64,000 nucleotides of DNA from an uncultured cyanobacterium (GTDB lineage: Bacteria > Cyanobacteriota > Cyanobacteriia > Cyanobacteriales > Cyanobacteriaceae): NCBI GenBank assembly GCA_963749915.1, contig CAVVOP010000021.1, positions 160,001-224,000 on the forward strand, in the 5' to 3' direction. The notes beneath the pieces are model-generated. The model did no database searches, had not been told where the DNA came from, and saw nothing but the letters and a program-made list of their open reading frames with translations. Numbering within the stretch: the stretch's first letter is position 1; each line of letters opens with the position of its first letter. Position numbers and translations under genes: made by a program. Shown piece by piece: positions 31,401 to 42,062 of the stretch.

Positions 31401-31438
31401 AAGAATTAATTGGTAAAATTGGCGATTTAACTAGATAA
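28436..31438 (+). CDS. CheA-CheY hybrid histidine kinase
   Basis: Hpt HSVKGGA, HLIRNAFDHGIE, SGRGVGMDVV, CheW-like domain, C-terminal REC. Confidence 0.92.
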   Translation: MDQQQIRFNFLDEAQDCLHRVESVLLELSSTIAEPEKLDLALRATHSVKGGAGMMGFFPLSNVAHRLEDFFKILRLRHHSTQISTEVESLLLLGVDSMGNIIELHRQGKDVEDTWLKDHVDPIFEQLGQLLGKLRAGDENLLFNQTEGANAELLMFEEGVEPILDEFEAQLSDISSEQLSSALMMTAEKLLVFGRMADLEPFVQLCESIQQQAMIATTQNINSLIEEALTVWRRSQALVMRGSLDKLPSELKRNRLSSPISDGLGVDNLNLDRQNNDLLSLANALDDNLNLDLFSNEDFDFEDQFSESDFDLLSGENIDIENLEELQNAFAQISAPEPEKPLISTPKIAQIPSKTGQMVRIPVEQLTQFNTLFGKLILERNRLNLRLEQLRNVAQLMQRRMSQLEQSNTQLKNWYDRTSTQDSFAVTEQTMVQIPLSSTIVNGAKSSISPEKTAQDNGTSTQFDTLEMDSYSDLHLISQEQIETIVQLKEVSTDIDLGLEDLNQAVRELNHTMRSLQKKATSIQMRPFGDLVKSFPRLIRDLSIQFNKKVNLKIEGETTLFDRSLIETLNAPLMHLIRNAFDHGIEDSETRKNAGKPSEGTITLSAINRGTQTIITVKDDGKGISVEKIGDRLKQMGITSTEIEQMSESQIIDYIFQPGFTTSEEVTELSGRGVGMDVVRTNIQEIRGNVQAQSKVGQGSTFTMTVPSNLSILRVMIVQAKGMVFAVPVNTVRKILHLKLEENSTPQDLKQFTWRDQTIPVIYLENIFTFNRPSQPFEMSGNPIINQPTILVVGDQDNVGGIHIDQFWGEQEVTIRPINTHLPLPLGFISSLILGDGRVLPLIEPVQILQESLKQNEQTNKDDIIPVKTNQDLPFASEKIKTILIIDDSINVRNYLATTLEKAGYRVEQAKDGREGVNKLFGGLTVEAAICDIEMPRLDGYGVLEEVKGKPEFQSLPIIMLSSRSNEKHQKLAFNLGASAYFSKPYNEQELIGKIGDLTR

Positions 31439-31590
31439 AAATAATTAATATTTAGGCTAATTATGGAGCAGTTTTTATTAAATCTATGATACAAAATTGA
31501 CCAATAATATATACATGAATATTTATTATATATAGATATCCACTATTAAAAAAAATAAACAATTTAATTATCAATATTAGGTATAAAAAT

Positions 31591-32910
31591 ATGATTCGTG
31601 AATTTGATTCCTTAAATTTTCTTCAACATGGATTTGATACTGGGAAAACTGCACATCTTCACATAAAAGCTAATTCAGTTGACTGGGATATTTATTTAGT
31701 TAATGGTAAATTGCAATATGCCCAACATTCCTTACAGTCTTTAGAAACAATTCAATATTATTTAATGCGTTTAGCACCTCATGGGGGAGTGAAAATAACC
31801 TCAAATCAAGTTACAAATAACATAAATAATTTCCCACTATTGCAAGTCGTAAATCGATTATTTTCTAGCAATAATATTAACTCTAATGAAAGGATGATGT
31901 TGGTCAAGGAATTAAGCCAAGACGCTTTAGAGTCTTTCCTTTGTTTAAAAAGTGGAGATTATAAATGGAGTCAAACCGATGAGACTCAAGCCCTAAAAAT
32001 AAAAACGACGGTGGGAGAAAACGTTTTTGAACCTACTTCCATCATAAAATCTTTACAAATTCGCCGACAACAATGGCAAAAACTTTCTCCTTTAATAACT
32101 TCCCTTCACCAACGCCCTGTATTCACTAATATTTCTCTATTGCGAGAAAAAGTCCCTAATGGTAATCTTTCTCCAGCTATTTTGATGCAGTTAATAAAAT
32201 TAATTAAAGGTTTAAGCATTCGTCAGTTAAGCCTTTTATTAAAGCAGGATGATTTAAAACTAGCGGAGTTATTATTGCCCTATGTACAGCACAATATAGT
32301 AAAAGTACATCCTGCTAAAGCTCCTTATGATCAATTACCCACAATTTCTTCACTATTAGTTAAAGAATCGAAAAATGTTGTACCTTTAGAATCAACATTG
32401 TCAAATAAAACAAATGTAACCGTTAATCAAAGCAATACTTCTGTTTCACCATCTTCTTTAAATAATTCTCAAGCTGATTATTCATTTTCGACTCCATCAC
32501 AATCTTTAATTTCTCAACAAGACGATCATAAAAAACATAAAATTATTTGTATTGATGATAGTCCTACCATGCTCAGCACTATTAAAGATTATTTAGATAG
32601 TGATCAATATGAAGTATTAACAGTAGAAAATCCCATGCAATCTCTTTCTTATCTTTTTGACAGTAAGCCAGATTTAATTTTGATGGATTTATCTATGCCC
32701 GGGATTAATGGTAATCGACTTTCTAAAATACTTAAAAGTAGTTCAGTGTTTAAAAATGTTCCTATTGTCATCGTGAGCGGCAATACAGAAATTTTAACAC
32801 AAGAAACAATAGAGGAAATCGGAGCAAAGGATTTTTTAGCAAAACCATTTACAAAAAATGATTTATTAGCCATCGTCAATCGGCATTTGCAACCTGCGGT
32901 TACCCCCTAG
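31591..32910 (+). CDS. PatA-family response regulator (PATAN plus REC)
   Basis: N-terminal PATAN-like region, linker, ICIDDSP..DLILMDLSMP..KPF. Confidence 0.85.
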   Translation: MIREFDSLNFLQHGFDTGKTAHLHIKANSVDWDIYLVNGKLQYAQHSLQSLETIQYYLMRLAPHGGVKITSNQVTNNINNFPLLQVVNRLFSSNNINSNERMMLVKELSQDALESFLCLKSGDYKWSQTDETQALKIKTTVGENVFEPTSIIKSLQIRRQQWQKLSPLITSLHQRPVFTNISLLREKVPNGNLSPAILMQLIKLIKGLSIRQLSLLLKQDDLKLAELLLPYVQHNIVKVHPAKAPYDQLPTISSLLVKESKNVVPLESTLSNKTNVTVNQSNTSVSPSSLNNSQADYSFSTPSQSLISQQDDHKKHKIICIDDSPTMLSTIKDYLDSDQYEVLTVENPMQSLSYLFDSKPDLILMDLSMPGINGNRLSKILKSSSVFKNVPIVIVSGNTEILTQETIEEIGAKDFLAKPFTKNDLLAIVNRHLQPAVTP

Positions 32911-33169
32911 ATAGGTATTGTATCATGGAACTTTTCATATTCAATATGTCTATGACCATTGGGTTCAGTCTGAATTACGTCCACAAAGCGATGATTCCAT
33001 TTGATGTCAGATGTATAGTAAATATGACGGGCATAAATTGTTTGGGAAAGGGTGGCATCCAATCCCGTTAAGCTAATAAAAAGTTGATATTCTCCCGTTA
33101 AAAAACTATCTTCATCGACAGAAAATAAATAGCTATTCTCGTCAATAGAGTGCATTACTACCCATGTTA
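32907..33169 (-). pseudogene. C-terminal fragment of an inward-rectifier (KirBac-like) K+ channel
   Basis: LTWVVMHSIDENS, SLTGLDATLSQTIYARHIY, WNHRFVDVI, KFHDT; truncated at the IS982 end. Confidence 0.75.
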
Positions 33170-34439
33170 ACCTGAGTTCGATGTAACAATAAAGCTGAAA
33201 ATAAGATATCTCAAGTATTTCGGCTTTTATGCTGATTTTGAACAACAAATGAGCATAACAAATCACAGCTAAAACAATCATTTTTAGCCTAATTTTATTT
33301 ATTTTTATCTGGATAAAAAAATTAAATTACTAATGCAGATAATGAATTTATCTCGTTTTTTTCTAATTGTAATTTTGGTTTTTTATCTTGCCATGTATAA
33401 GCTATTAATCCCGCAATTGCATTCACTAAAAAATTAATTGGGCTTCGATGACGAGAATGAACTATTTGTGATATATTTTGCAATTGGTCATTCACTGTTT
33501 CAATTAATGACCTTTTTCTTAACATTAACTTTTCCCATAATTCTAATAATTTATTATTCATCTTTTTTTTGAATGGCGTTATTAATTTAATATTTTTTAG
33601 CCATAATTGTTGAAATAAATCTTGAGAAATATACCCTTTATCCCCAAATAATCTTCCCCATAAATTTTTAGTTAAATAAGGAACTGTTTTTCGATCGTCA
33701 ACATTTCCTGCTGTTATTTTAAAAGCTAATATTTCACCTTGATCATTAATAACTAAAGGTCGTTTAAAGTCGAAATTCCAATCAATAGAGCTTTTCCCCC
33801 AATGCCCTAAATTAGCAAAAACTTTATTTCGTTTTGGTTTTGCTCTTTTATTATGGCAAACAGGGATGCCCATAGTATCAATAAATGAAATACCATTACA
33901 TTGTCCTTTACGAGTATTGAGATAAAAAATTAAAGGAATTAAAGCCGATGACATTAGTTCAACAAAACGATTATAACTGACTAAATTGGGAAAATCTGGA
34001 TAATGATACTGAAGAATAAGATCTTGATAATAATGTTTAAAATCACGATAACGAGAATGATAAAAATAAACAACAATGGTCATAATTTCACTCAAAGATA
34101 ATTGACTATTTTTGATTCTTTTTCTCTCAGAAGAATCAAGAAGTTGACTCAGAAAATGTGGCTCAAAAATCAAACAAAAATCATCAATTTCATAAAAAAG
34201 TTTATCTAATTCCATGATTTTTTTAAGTTTAGCTAAAAATAACATAATTATTATGAAATTAGAAACAGATTAAAAGAGTAATTAGAAATAAAACTTAAAT
34301 TTTCTTAACAAAAATTAACTGATTTTTGGGTCACCCACGGGGATTATGTTAAGAATTGTAAAGTGACAAAAAATAGAGAAAGGTAAAAAACCAATATCTA
34401 CTAAGGCTTTAAGGCTATTTTTTTATATCGAACTCAGGT
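33170..34439 (-). mobile_element. IS982-family element (transposase 33322-34245)
   Basis: IRs ACCTGAGTTCGA / TCGAACTCAGGT; FPNLVSYNRFVEL, GDKGYIS, KRSLIETVNDQL, HSRHRS; some conserved motifs look degenerate. Confidence 0.9.
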
Positions 34440-34568
34440 ACAGATTCGGGATTTAACCAGGACTGTGACCCCAAAAGTGAAACAGAACAGTCTCTTTTGT
34501 TTCACTTTTTTTCGGCTGGTTGCCAACTATTTTTGTGTTTAAATTAAGAAAGGAGAGGAAAGAGGGCA

Positions 34569-34904
34569 TTGAATAGGAACTGGGATGGAGGACTAACAAT
34601 AGCAACTATTACTTTGACTTTATTTACTGCTCTTTTAGGAGTTGAGGGTATTTCTGCTGATGAAAATTTAAGAAAAGCATTAATAGGTATATCTAGCGGA
34701 ATAGTATTAGCGATTCAATCTATGGGAAATGCTTTCCCAGTGAAACAGCGAGCAGGAGGATATCAATTAATTCAAGGTCAGGCTTATGCTTTAAAGAGCA
34801 AATTAAAATATCTTCAAGAAGATTCTGAAATCGTAGAAAAACTTCCTCAGATGCAAGAAGAGTTTTATAAATTGCTTGCAGAAGCCGATAAACTTGAATT
34901 ATAA
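34569..34904 (+). CDS. two-TM SLATT/DUF4231-like protein, probably a 5'-truncated gene cassette
   Basis: Two hydrophobic helices followed by FPVKQRAGGY and a helical tail; attC 25 bp downstream. Confidence 0.5.
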   Translation: MNRNWDGGLTIATITLTLFTALLGVEGISADENLRKALIGISSGIVLAIQSMGNAFPVKQRAGGYQLIQGQAYALKSKLKYLQEDSEIVEKLPQMQEEFYKLLAEADKLEL

Positions 34905-34929
34905 GAAATACTTAACACTTACAGATATT

Positions 34930-35015
34930 GCCTAACACTGCGTTGGAGCCGACTTTTTAGAAGTGACCTGTAAAAGTTAAAGATTGACTGAGGCGGCTCA
35001 ACTAGACCGTTGAGT
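34930..35015 (+). other. integron attC site
   Basis: R'' GCCTAAC, L'' GTTGGAGCCG pairing with L' CGGCTCAAC with one extrahelical G, R' GTTGAGT. Confidence 0.8.
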
Positions 35016-35355
35016 AGCAAATGAACAGAAAACAACGCTAAGCCTGAAACTCAATCATAGTAAAAATTTTGACTGAGTATATATTTACTAACTAATTGAT
35101 CAGGGAATCGAGAAATCTGAATAAGATTTTGAAGTCTGAAACCCTACTAAATTCGTTAACTTGGCTTGGCTAAAAGTCCTTAACGTTGTTTCTTACGCAG
35201 TTGCTACTCAAACCCCGTTAATCACAACCAGATTTTTCTTGGTCTTGCTATAAGTTTTTTTAATATTTTTTTAGAAGTTTTTTGTATCAAACAATACCAA
35301 ACATTATGGCGATCGCATTAAATCCGAACTTTTCCATCTACTGAATTTATTCATA

Positions 35356-35380
35356 AAAAAAGGTGGGTAATACCCACCCT
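35356..35380 (-). terminator. hairpin plus U-tract downstream of the giant nuclease/phytase gene
   Basis: AAAAAAAGGTGGGTAATACCCACCCT; the same REP-like hairpin occurs at 42486-42508. Confidence 0.6.
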
Positions 35381-35404
35381 AAGTTATCGGAAAATGATTA
35401 AGTT

Positions 35405-38400
35405 TTAGGCAAAGACAAAGTTAGCGTCGGTAATTGTGGTATTTAATAACTGAGCAATTTCTTGTCCATCAACGGAGATAATCACGTTACTTCCTTGTTT
35501 TTGGTAATTCCAATCACTGCCCTTATTGGCTAAACTTAAGTCGGTATTAGCAAAACCAATCACATCCCCTTGACTTGCGTTAAAGTCACTGATTTTATTG
35601 CTCATAGCAGGAAGTGCGTCAATATCGGTAATTAACCAGAATTGATCAGCACCCATACCACCAGTAATATTATTACCGCCTTCACCTGAACCTGCAAAGA
35701 TAATATCATCACCAGATCCTAAAATTACACGGTTGTTAGTACCAACAAAAACGATGTCATCTCCGCTACCAGTATCGATGCGATTACCTTCACCCATTAC
35801 AGAAACGTCAACAGTATCGTCACCACTACCAGTGAATAAATTTTGTGCATCACCTGCAAATTGACTATCTTCAGGGAACGCACTATCAAAGGTATCATCG
35901 TTAGGTGAACCAAAAACAGTTTCAGGTAATTCAGGTTCAACAATATCACCTTCTAAGTTTAAACCAATGACGACAGGATCGTGATCAGAAACTCGATAAG
36001 GAATTGTACCATCGAATAAATCGGGGTTACGTTCAAAGTCGAGGTTATAATCAAAAGCATCTGCTTCATCTGAGTTGATATGCCATTCAGCAACACCAGT
36101 AACTTGATCTGCTAAACTACCACTAGCTAAAGCATGATCTAATGCTCCAATTTGTCCATCAAAGGTGAAAGAATAGGGATTGTCGATACTGCTTAGTAAA
36201 TTTTCATAACCTGCGTTTTCGAGGTATTTTACGGGATCTTCTTGCATATAAGCGTTTAAATCACCGATAATCAAGAAATCCTCGTCATTGCTGTTAGTAG
36301 GATCAGTATCTAACCACGCATCTAAGGCGGTTGCGGCATCTACACGACGTTGATTCCAGAATCCTTGTCCGTCAAGTTGATCAAAATTCGGATCGCTGGT
36401 ATCTTGTAAACCAGAACTACCTTTCGATTTAAAATGATTGATTACAACAGTAAGTTTTTCGCCTGATTCTTGCTCCATAAAAGTAGTCGCAATGGGTACT
36501 CGGCTAGTGCCTTCTCCTTCAAATACGGGGGCTAAATCTTCTAACCCTAAATCCTCTAAATCGGCATCGGTTAGAGTAGCAACTACGGTATCAGGGGCAA
36601 TATTAACGGTGATAGTTTTATAGATGAAACCAACTTTGATGGCATCGCTGCCCACAAAATCAGTGCCGGGGTTGACATAAGCATAAGTGCCTTCTCCTAC
36701 CACTGTGTTTAATTCATTAACAATAGTAGCGATCGCACTTTTACCAGTAGTACTATCACCAGAGGCAACGGTAGCAAAACCATTATTTTCGATTTCGATT
36801 AAGCCGATAATATCGCCGTCAACATCAGTTAAGGTAGTAATTAATTTTTCTAATTGGCGATCGAACTCGTCCTGATTATTTCCTCCTCTCGGTTCCAGGT
36901 TATTTGGTCCACTGCCACCGCTCATGTTATCATCAAGGGTGGTAAAGAAGTTAAGTACATTAAAACTAACTACTTTTAAATCTCCCTCAACTTCCGGAGT
37001 TTCAGGGCGTTGAGTTACCTGATTAAATTCAGGGGTTTCCGTGGGCATAATTCGGTAGTATTCATCACCAGAACCGCCACTACCGCGACTAAACCGCACA
37101 TTACCAGTTAAGTTAGAGACAGTATCACCCATACGGATAAAATTATCACTGCTTAATTCAGGGTCAGGGTAGATAATGGGGTTAGGGTTTTGAATGGTTA
37201 AACCATCATCTAACATGATACGGCGACTAGCAATATCCTCTAAATGGGCTTGATAACCTGCGGTATCAGGGGCGTTATTATTGGTAAATTGTTCTAAACG
37301 TCCACCTTGAGATAGTTGCATTTCCCCAAAGCGATCGAGGTTGAACATTTCGGTTACAGTTAGAGTATCAGGGAAACTAATTAACATCCCTTCGTATTGC
37401 TCTAAATCGGCGATTAAAAAACCATTAGCATTAGCAATAGTGTTAGGGGAAGGTAAAGTTACTTCAGTGGAAGTGATAGAGTTACCATTACTGATGATTT
37501 GTACATCGGTAACTTGTATTTGGGTTTCCCCGAAAAACTCAATCACGCTACCAGTTACTCTGACTAAATCCCCTACATTTACATCTACAATTAAGGAAGA
37601 CTCAAACACAAATAAACCGTCGGAGGTGCTAGGGTTATTATCTCCTTCGGCATCTTGGATATAAAATCCTCGTAAGTTACGGGTGTTGTCAGCATCTCCA
37701 TCTTGGAAGTCACCAGTAACAATACCTTCAGTAATTACAATTGGTCCTACAAGGGGAGATTCGTAACCATCGCCTTGAATTTCATAGATTTTGGCTTCAA
37801 TCGGTGCAGGAGGCATTCCGTCATCGGGGGCAGTTAAGTTAGTTACACCAACGTTATTTAAGCCAAATTCGTCACGACTACCACCACCACTAACATCATC
37901 GCTAAACCATTGGAAATAGAAGAAGTCATCAGGGTTAAGGTTTAAACCTGAGATGGTAGTGATTTTATTTACCGATTGCCAACCGTTACCATCAGCAACT
38001 TCAGGGGTGGTAAAGTCTAACTCAGTTACGGGAGTAAAAGTTACACCATCGAGAGAATAAGCTAAATTGAAGGAATTACCACGAGCTTGATCATTTAAGT
38101 AGCTAATATCATAACTGATAGTTACCTCGTTAACGGTTTCGTCACCAGTATTTTGCAATTTGAGTAAGATTTCACCGGGGGTAAGGTCACTTCCAGCCGG
38201 TTGCACACCGAAAATATAATCTTCATTGCCAAGATTAAAGGCATAAACGCCACCACTGCTAACACCTCCAGTCGATACGCCTCTGGCAAAATCGCCAGTA
38301 ATGCCACTACCACCAAAGTCTAAATTACCATCGGATAAGCCTTTAATTGCCCAAATGTCGGAGTCTAACTGTCCTTCGCTAGGATTAGGATTAAAACCTG

Positions 38401-41400
38401 TACCTGTGAAGGTATCAAAGTTTTCCTCGAAGGTAAATTCAAGCTCAAAGTTTTCTTGACGGGGGTTATAACTTTCGGTATCGATAATTAAGGGAGTAGT
38501 AAAAGCATTAGCTACGTCTTCCCAACGCACGAATTTAAAGTTAGTAGCGTTATTTTCTAACTCATCTTCGTTTATTACCATATTTTGGGGTTCATTTGCT
38601 CCATCTTGCACAAATAAGCCACCAAACGGGAAATTACTACCTAAAGGTACATTTATCACCTCTAAGCCATCGGTTTCGTTAGCTTGGTCAATATTTAAGC
38701 TATGATTATCACCGATAATAAAACTACCCAGATAATCATTATTGCCGTCACGGGTGTAAACTGCATAAGAACTATCACCTTGACTAGATGCGATTAAATA
38801 GCCTTTACCGTCACCGGCGTAATAAATAGTTAATCCTTCTAAATCTGGCACTAATTCAGGGGAATCTACAGGGCGAACGATCGTTACTTCATTACTACCA
38901 GTAGGTTCAGCATCAAACTTAACAATTCCTAACTCATCTTCTACTGCTAAGTAAACTATACCTTGTTCTTGGTCAACTACGATCGCTTCTGATTGATAAT
39001 CTTCTGCCTCTTTGCCTTCTTCAACGGGTAATTCAATGATTCGTACAACTTCAGCAAAAATCAAAGGTGCGTCAGCAGGACTACTGGTGGTAAGTTTTAA
39101 TTGGGCGATTTGATTACCTTCTGCTTGAGTGACGAAAACGTAATATGAGCCGTCAATAGGGCTAACATAATTGGCTAAACCGTAGGCAGTTGCCTCACCA
39201 TCATCAACCCCAAAAATGCTAAAGTTGGGATCATCTAATTCGGGAGTGTCAAATTTAGATAATTCACGAGTTTCAGAATCAATACCAAAAATTGCTAAGG
39301 TATCATTTTCCCTGTCAGAGGCAATCGCTAAGTCAACGGTAGCGTTAACACCAGCAATCATGGTTTGAATGGGGAAATTGTAGATTAAATCGACGTTATT
39401 GTCACGAATATCGCCAAATTCTGCCCCTTCTCCTAAGACATCGGCAGGGGTGATAGTTTGTAAGGTTTCCCCAGTTAAGGAAAATACCGCTAAACCACCA
39501 TCTTTGAGGGTAGTAATTACGAGGCTATCATCGGCATTATCAGGATCAATCCAGATAGCAGGATCATCAGAATCACCGAATAACTCTGCATTGCCCGATT
39601 CTTGATCAATTGTATAAGGAGTTTCCACAATGGGCAAGACAGCAGGGATATTTTCTAATTCTAAAGCAAGGGCGATAACTTGGGTAGTTTGATCAGAACT
39701 GAAGTTATTGTCGCTAACAACAATTAAAGATTGTCTGCCATCGGGTAAGATTTCCCCTAAAGTCATTCCTTCGAGATTATCAGGAATTATGCCCAAATCT
39801 GCGGTAAAATCAATCAATAATTCCTTACTGACAAAAGGATCAATATCATAACGGGTATTTTCATCCAGCAATAAACTATCAAAATTTTTGACATCTAAAG
39901 CCCCTTGAGTTTGCACTTGGTATAATTTAATAGTGTTGCCTACTCCTACCGCAAACGATCGCTCCATCGCTAATAGAGTACCATTATTATCAAGGGCGAT
40001 TAATTCCACTAAACCATTATCCGCAAATTGAGTACTAGGAATAGGCGGATTAGGAATTGCTTCCACCTCATAGACATATTCACCCACAACCTCACCAGTG
40101 GTTAAGTCATATTTGAGAATGCGGGAATAACTGGTATTATCAACAGATGTACCTGTACCATCTTGTTTTAAGGCTTGTTCTACGGCAGTATAGAGATAAC
40201 GCCCATCAGGGGTAATAGTGTTACTTTCAAAGGCTAAGTTATTACGAATACCCGTGTTTTCAGTGCTAGGTAAGAATTTATCAGGAATAGTTAACCCGTC
40301 AATTTCTGCACCAGCTAAACCAAATTGTTTGACAAAAGGATTAATTAAGGTGCTACTGGCACTACCTTCAGAGGTAATGTAAAGGGTGTTATTCGCAGTT
40401 AAAGCGATGCCCTCGGTATCAACACTAAGAGCTGGAAAAGGATTACCGTTACTATCAAGTAAAGTGGTGACATCGGTAAAATTAACATCACCCTCATCTA
40501 AATTACCGTCAGTTAAGTCAATCTCAAGGGTATAAAAACGGGCAGGATTGATTTGAGAGCGATCGTCTGAGATACTGTAATAAAGGTTATTATCACTATC
40601 GTAGGTAATGCCTGATAAACCGCCTACTTGGGTTTCATTGAAAAGATAACCAGTGGGAAAAGCTACAACGCCTAAAGATTCAACCCCAGTAACTTGAATC
40701 CGATTTTGACTGAGATTAAGGTTATTCTCCTTAAAGGTAACATCAAGATAGACTAAACGATGATCGGAACTTAAAAACTTCTCAGGGAAATCTTCAGTAG
40801 GCAAATCTGGGTTATAATCACCGATCAGGCGATCGAAAATGTCACCGGTTAAAGGATCCTTAGGAGAAGCCCAAAATATACCACTATCTTTAATTTCGAT
40901 ATTTTGGGAAGGTAACACATAATCGATTCTTAAGTTACCCGGACTGTTATCATTAAAATCACCCGTATCAAAGGCAGGATTACCTACATGAGTTAAATTA
41001 GCCAAGCCTTGACGATTTGTGGCATCAATTCCCCCCTCGCTACTAGGTGCAGAATCTGGGCTACCTTGAATATAAGGATTATCTAACAATTGCATGATAG
41101 CCGGTGGTGTACTATCTCCGTCATAGGGATCAGCATTTTGATCACCCATAATGACAAAAGCCTTACCTAACCCTAAACTGCCAAAATTACCGTTATCGTC
41201 ATAGATATAGTCACCTTTAGCAGGGTTAACATAGTCTGCCCAAAACCGAATTTCATCACTATTACGTTTACCATTGCGATCTTCTGCACCATCAAACACG
41301 GGAGGGGTAGGATGAGAAGCTAATACATGGATAATCTCACCATTAACGTTAATAGGTACATCCCAATGACTTTTAGATGATAAACGTACAACTTCTAATT

Positions 41401-41932
41401 CTTCCTCAGAAAACCAGTCATTAGGTTCAGATGTGTTAGGATTATCTGGCAATTGAGCATTAGGCATATCTTTCCATAAGAAATTTTGAAAAGTACGCAC
41501 GTCTTCAGTGACGATAGGATATTTAGAAAATAATACCATTGCATATTGTCCGGGAAAGTTACCGAAACCAAAGGCATCGTTACCTCCGCCAATTGTGCCA
41601 TTATTATCCAAGTCAAAACCTGAAGGAATACCAGTATTACTTGGTGCTAGATAGATATAAGGAAAGTCGATCGGCTCTATATTTTCAGTTTGCACTACAT
41701 TTAAGTAGTTTTGTAAGAATAATTGAGGTAGTTGTAGAGGATCGCTAACGGTATAATCATAATCAAATTCATTAACTAACAAAATATCAGGGTTAGTGCG
41801 TTGGATAATCTCGGCAACGTTTTTGAGTTGTTGCTGACTTCCCCCTTGTAAATCCTCTAATAATTTGCCTTCTGTACTACGATTCATTGCCCCGTTAAAG
41901 GTAGCAATTCTTAACTGACTTGTATCGCTCAT
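35405..41932 (-). CDS. giant secreted P-scavenging protein: EEP nuclease/phosphatase, phytase-like esterase, beta-propeller phytase, ExeM/NucH nuclease and RTX-like tail
   Basis: RIATFN, NEFD, SSKSHWD, SHPTPPVFDG, SDHRLV; GGLSG, RNNLAFES, SDNNF; DSDDPAIW, DLEGL, SSQGD, VQDG; RGFYIQD, FNVLN, NHFKSKG, GDLNAY, SDHDPV; GSGDD repeats. Confidence 0.88.
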   Translation of the reverse strand: MSDTSQLRIATFNGAMNRSTEGKLLEDLQGGSQQQLKNVAEIIQRTNPDILLVNEFDYDYTVSDPLQLPQLFLQNYLNVVQTENIEPIDFPYIYLAPSNTGIPSGFDLDNNGTIGGGNDAFGFGNFPGQYAMVLFSKYPIVTEDVRTFQNFLWKDMPNAQLPDNPNTSEPNDWFSEEELEVVRLSSKSHWDVPINVNGEIIHVLASHPTPPVFDGAEDRNGKRNSDEIRFWADYVNPAKGDYIYDDNGNFGSLGLGKAFVIMGDQNADPYDGDSTPPAIMQLLDNPYIQGSPDSAPSSEGGIDATNRQGLANLTHVGNPAFDTGDFNDNSPGNLRIDYVLPSQNIEIKDSGIFWASPKDPLTGDIFDRLIGDYNPDLPTEDFPEKFLSSDHRLVYLDVTFKENNLNLSQNRIQVTGVESLGVVAFPTGYLFNETQVGGLSGITYDSDNNLYYSISDDRSQINPARFYTLEIDLTDGNLDEGDVNFTDVTTLLDSNGNPFPALSVDTEGIALTANNTLYITSEGSASSTLINPFVKQFGLAGAEIDGLTIPDKFLPSTENTGIRNNLAFESNTITPDGRYLYTAVEQALKQDGTGTSVDNTSYSRILKYDLTTGEVVGEYVYEVEAIPNPPIPSTQFADNGLVELIALDNNGTLLAMERSFAVGVGNTIKLYQVQTQGALDVKNFDSLLLDENTRYDIDPFVSKELLIDFTADLGIIPDNLEGMTLGEILPDGRQSLIVVSDNNFSSDQTTQVIALALELENIPAVLPIVETPYTIDQESGNAELFGDSDDPAIWIDPDNADDSLVITTLKDGGLAVFSLTGETLQTITPADVLGEGAEFGDIRDNNVDLIYNFPIQTMIAGVNATVDLAIASDRENDTLAIFGIDSETRELSKFDTPELDDPNFSIFGVDDGEATAYGLANYVSPIDGSYYVFVTQAEGNQIAQLKLTTSSPADAPLIFAEVVRIIELPVEEGKEAEDYQSEAIVVDQEQGIVYLAVEDELGIVKFDAEPTGSNEVTIVRPVDSPELVPDLEGLTIYYAGDGKGYLIASSQGDSSYAVYTRDGNNDYLGSFIIGDNHSLNIDQANETDGLEVINVPLGSNFPFGGLFVQDGANEPQNMVINEDELENNATNFKFVRWEDVANAFTTPLIIDTESYNPRQENFELEFTFEENFDTFTGTGFNPNPSEGQLDSDIWAIKGLSDGNLDFGGSGITGDFARGVSTGGVSSGGVYAFNLGNEDYIFGVQPAGSDLTPGEILLKLQNTGDETVNEVTISYDISYLNDQARGNSFNLAYSLDGVTFTPVTELDFTTPEVADGNGWQSVNKITTISGLNLNPDDFFYFQWFSDDVSGGGSRDEFGLNNVGVTNLTAPDDGMPPAPIEAKIYEIQGDGYESPLVGPIVITEGIVTGDFQDGDADNTRNLRGFYIQDAEGDNNPSTSDGLFVFESSLIVDVNVGDLVRVTGSVIEFFGETQIQVTDVQIISNGNSITSTEVTLPSPNTIANANGFLIADLEQYEGMLISFPDTLTVTEMFNLDRFGEMQLSQGGRLEQFTNNNAPDTAGYQAHLEDIASRRIMLDDGLTIQNPNPIIYPDPELSSDNFIRMGDTVSNLTGNVRFSRGSGGSGDEYYRIMPTETPEFNQVTQRPETPEVEGDLKVVSFNVLNFFTTLDDNMSGGSGPNNLEPRGGNNQDEFDRQLEKLITTLTDVDGDIIGLIEIENNGFATVASGDSTTGKSAIATIVNELNTVVGEGTYAYVNPGTDFVGSDAIKVGFIYKTITVNIAPDTVVATLTDADLEDLGLEDLAPVFEGEGTSRVPIATTFMEQESGEKLTVVINHFKSKGSSGLQDTSDPNFDQLDGQGFWNQRRVDAATALDAWLDTDPTNSNDEDFLIIGDLNAYMQEDPVKYLENAGYENLLSSIDNPYSFTFDGQIGALDHALASGSLADQVTGVAEWHINSDEADAFDYNLDFERNPDLFDGTIPYRVSDHDPVVIGLNLEGDIVEPELPETVFGSPNDDTFDSAFPEDSQFAGDAQNLFTGSGDDTVDVSVMGEGNRIDTGSGDDIVFVGTNNRVILGSGDDIIFAGSGEGGNNITGGMGADQFWLITDIDALPAMSNKISDFNASQGDVIGFANTDLSLANKGSDWNYQKQGSNVIISVDGQEIAQLLNTTITDANFVFA

Positions 41933-42062
41933 AAATACTCTGATTTTACTAAAGACAATTTATTGGTCTAGCTCTGAGAGTAACGGTTCAAGGTTTTTTC
42001 TGAGTTAAGAACAGTTCATGATTTAGTTAAAATTTTAAAGTATTTAATTTTTGGTGTTTACC

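Noticed and set aside
33170..33281. N-terminal part of ORF 32907-33281
   Set aside because: Derives from the IS982 end; only the distal part is channel sequence
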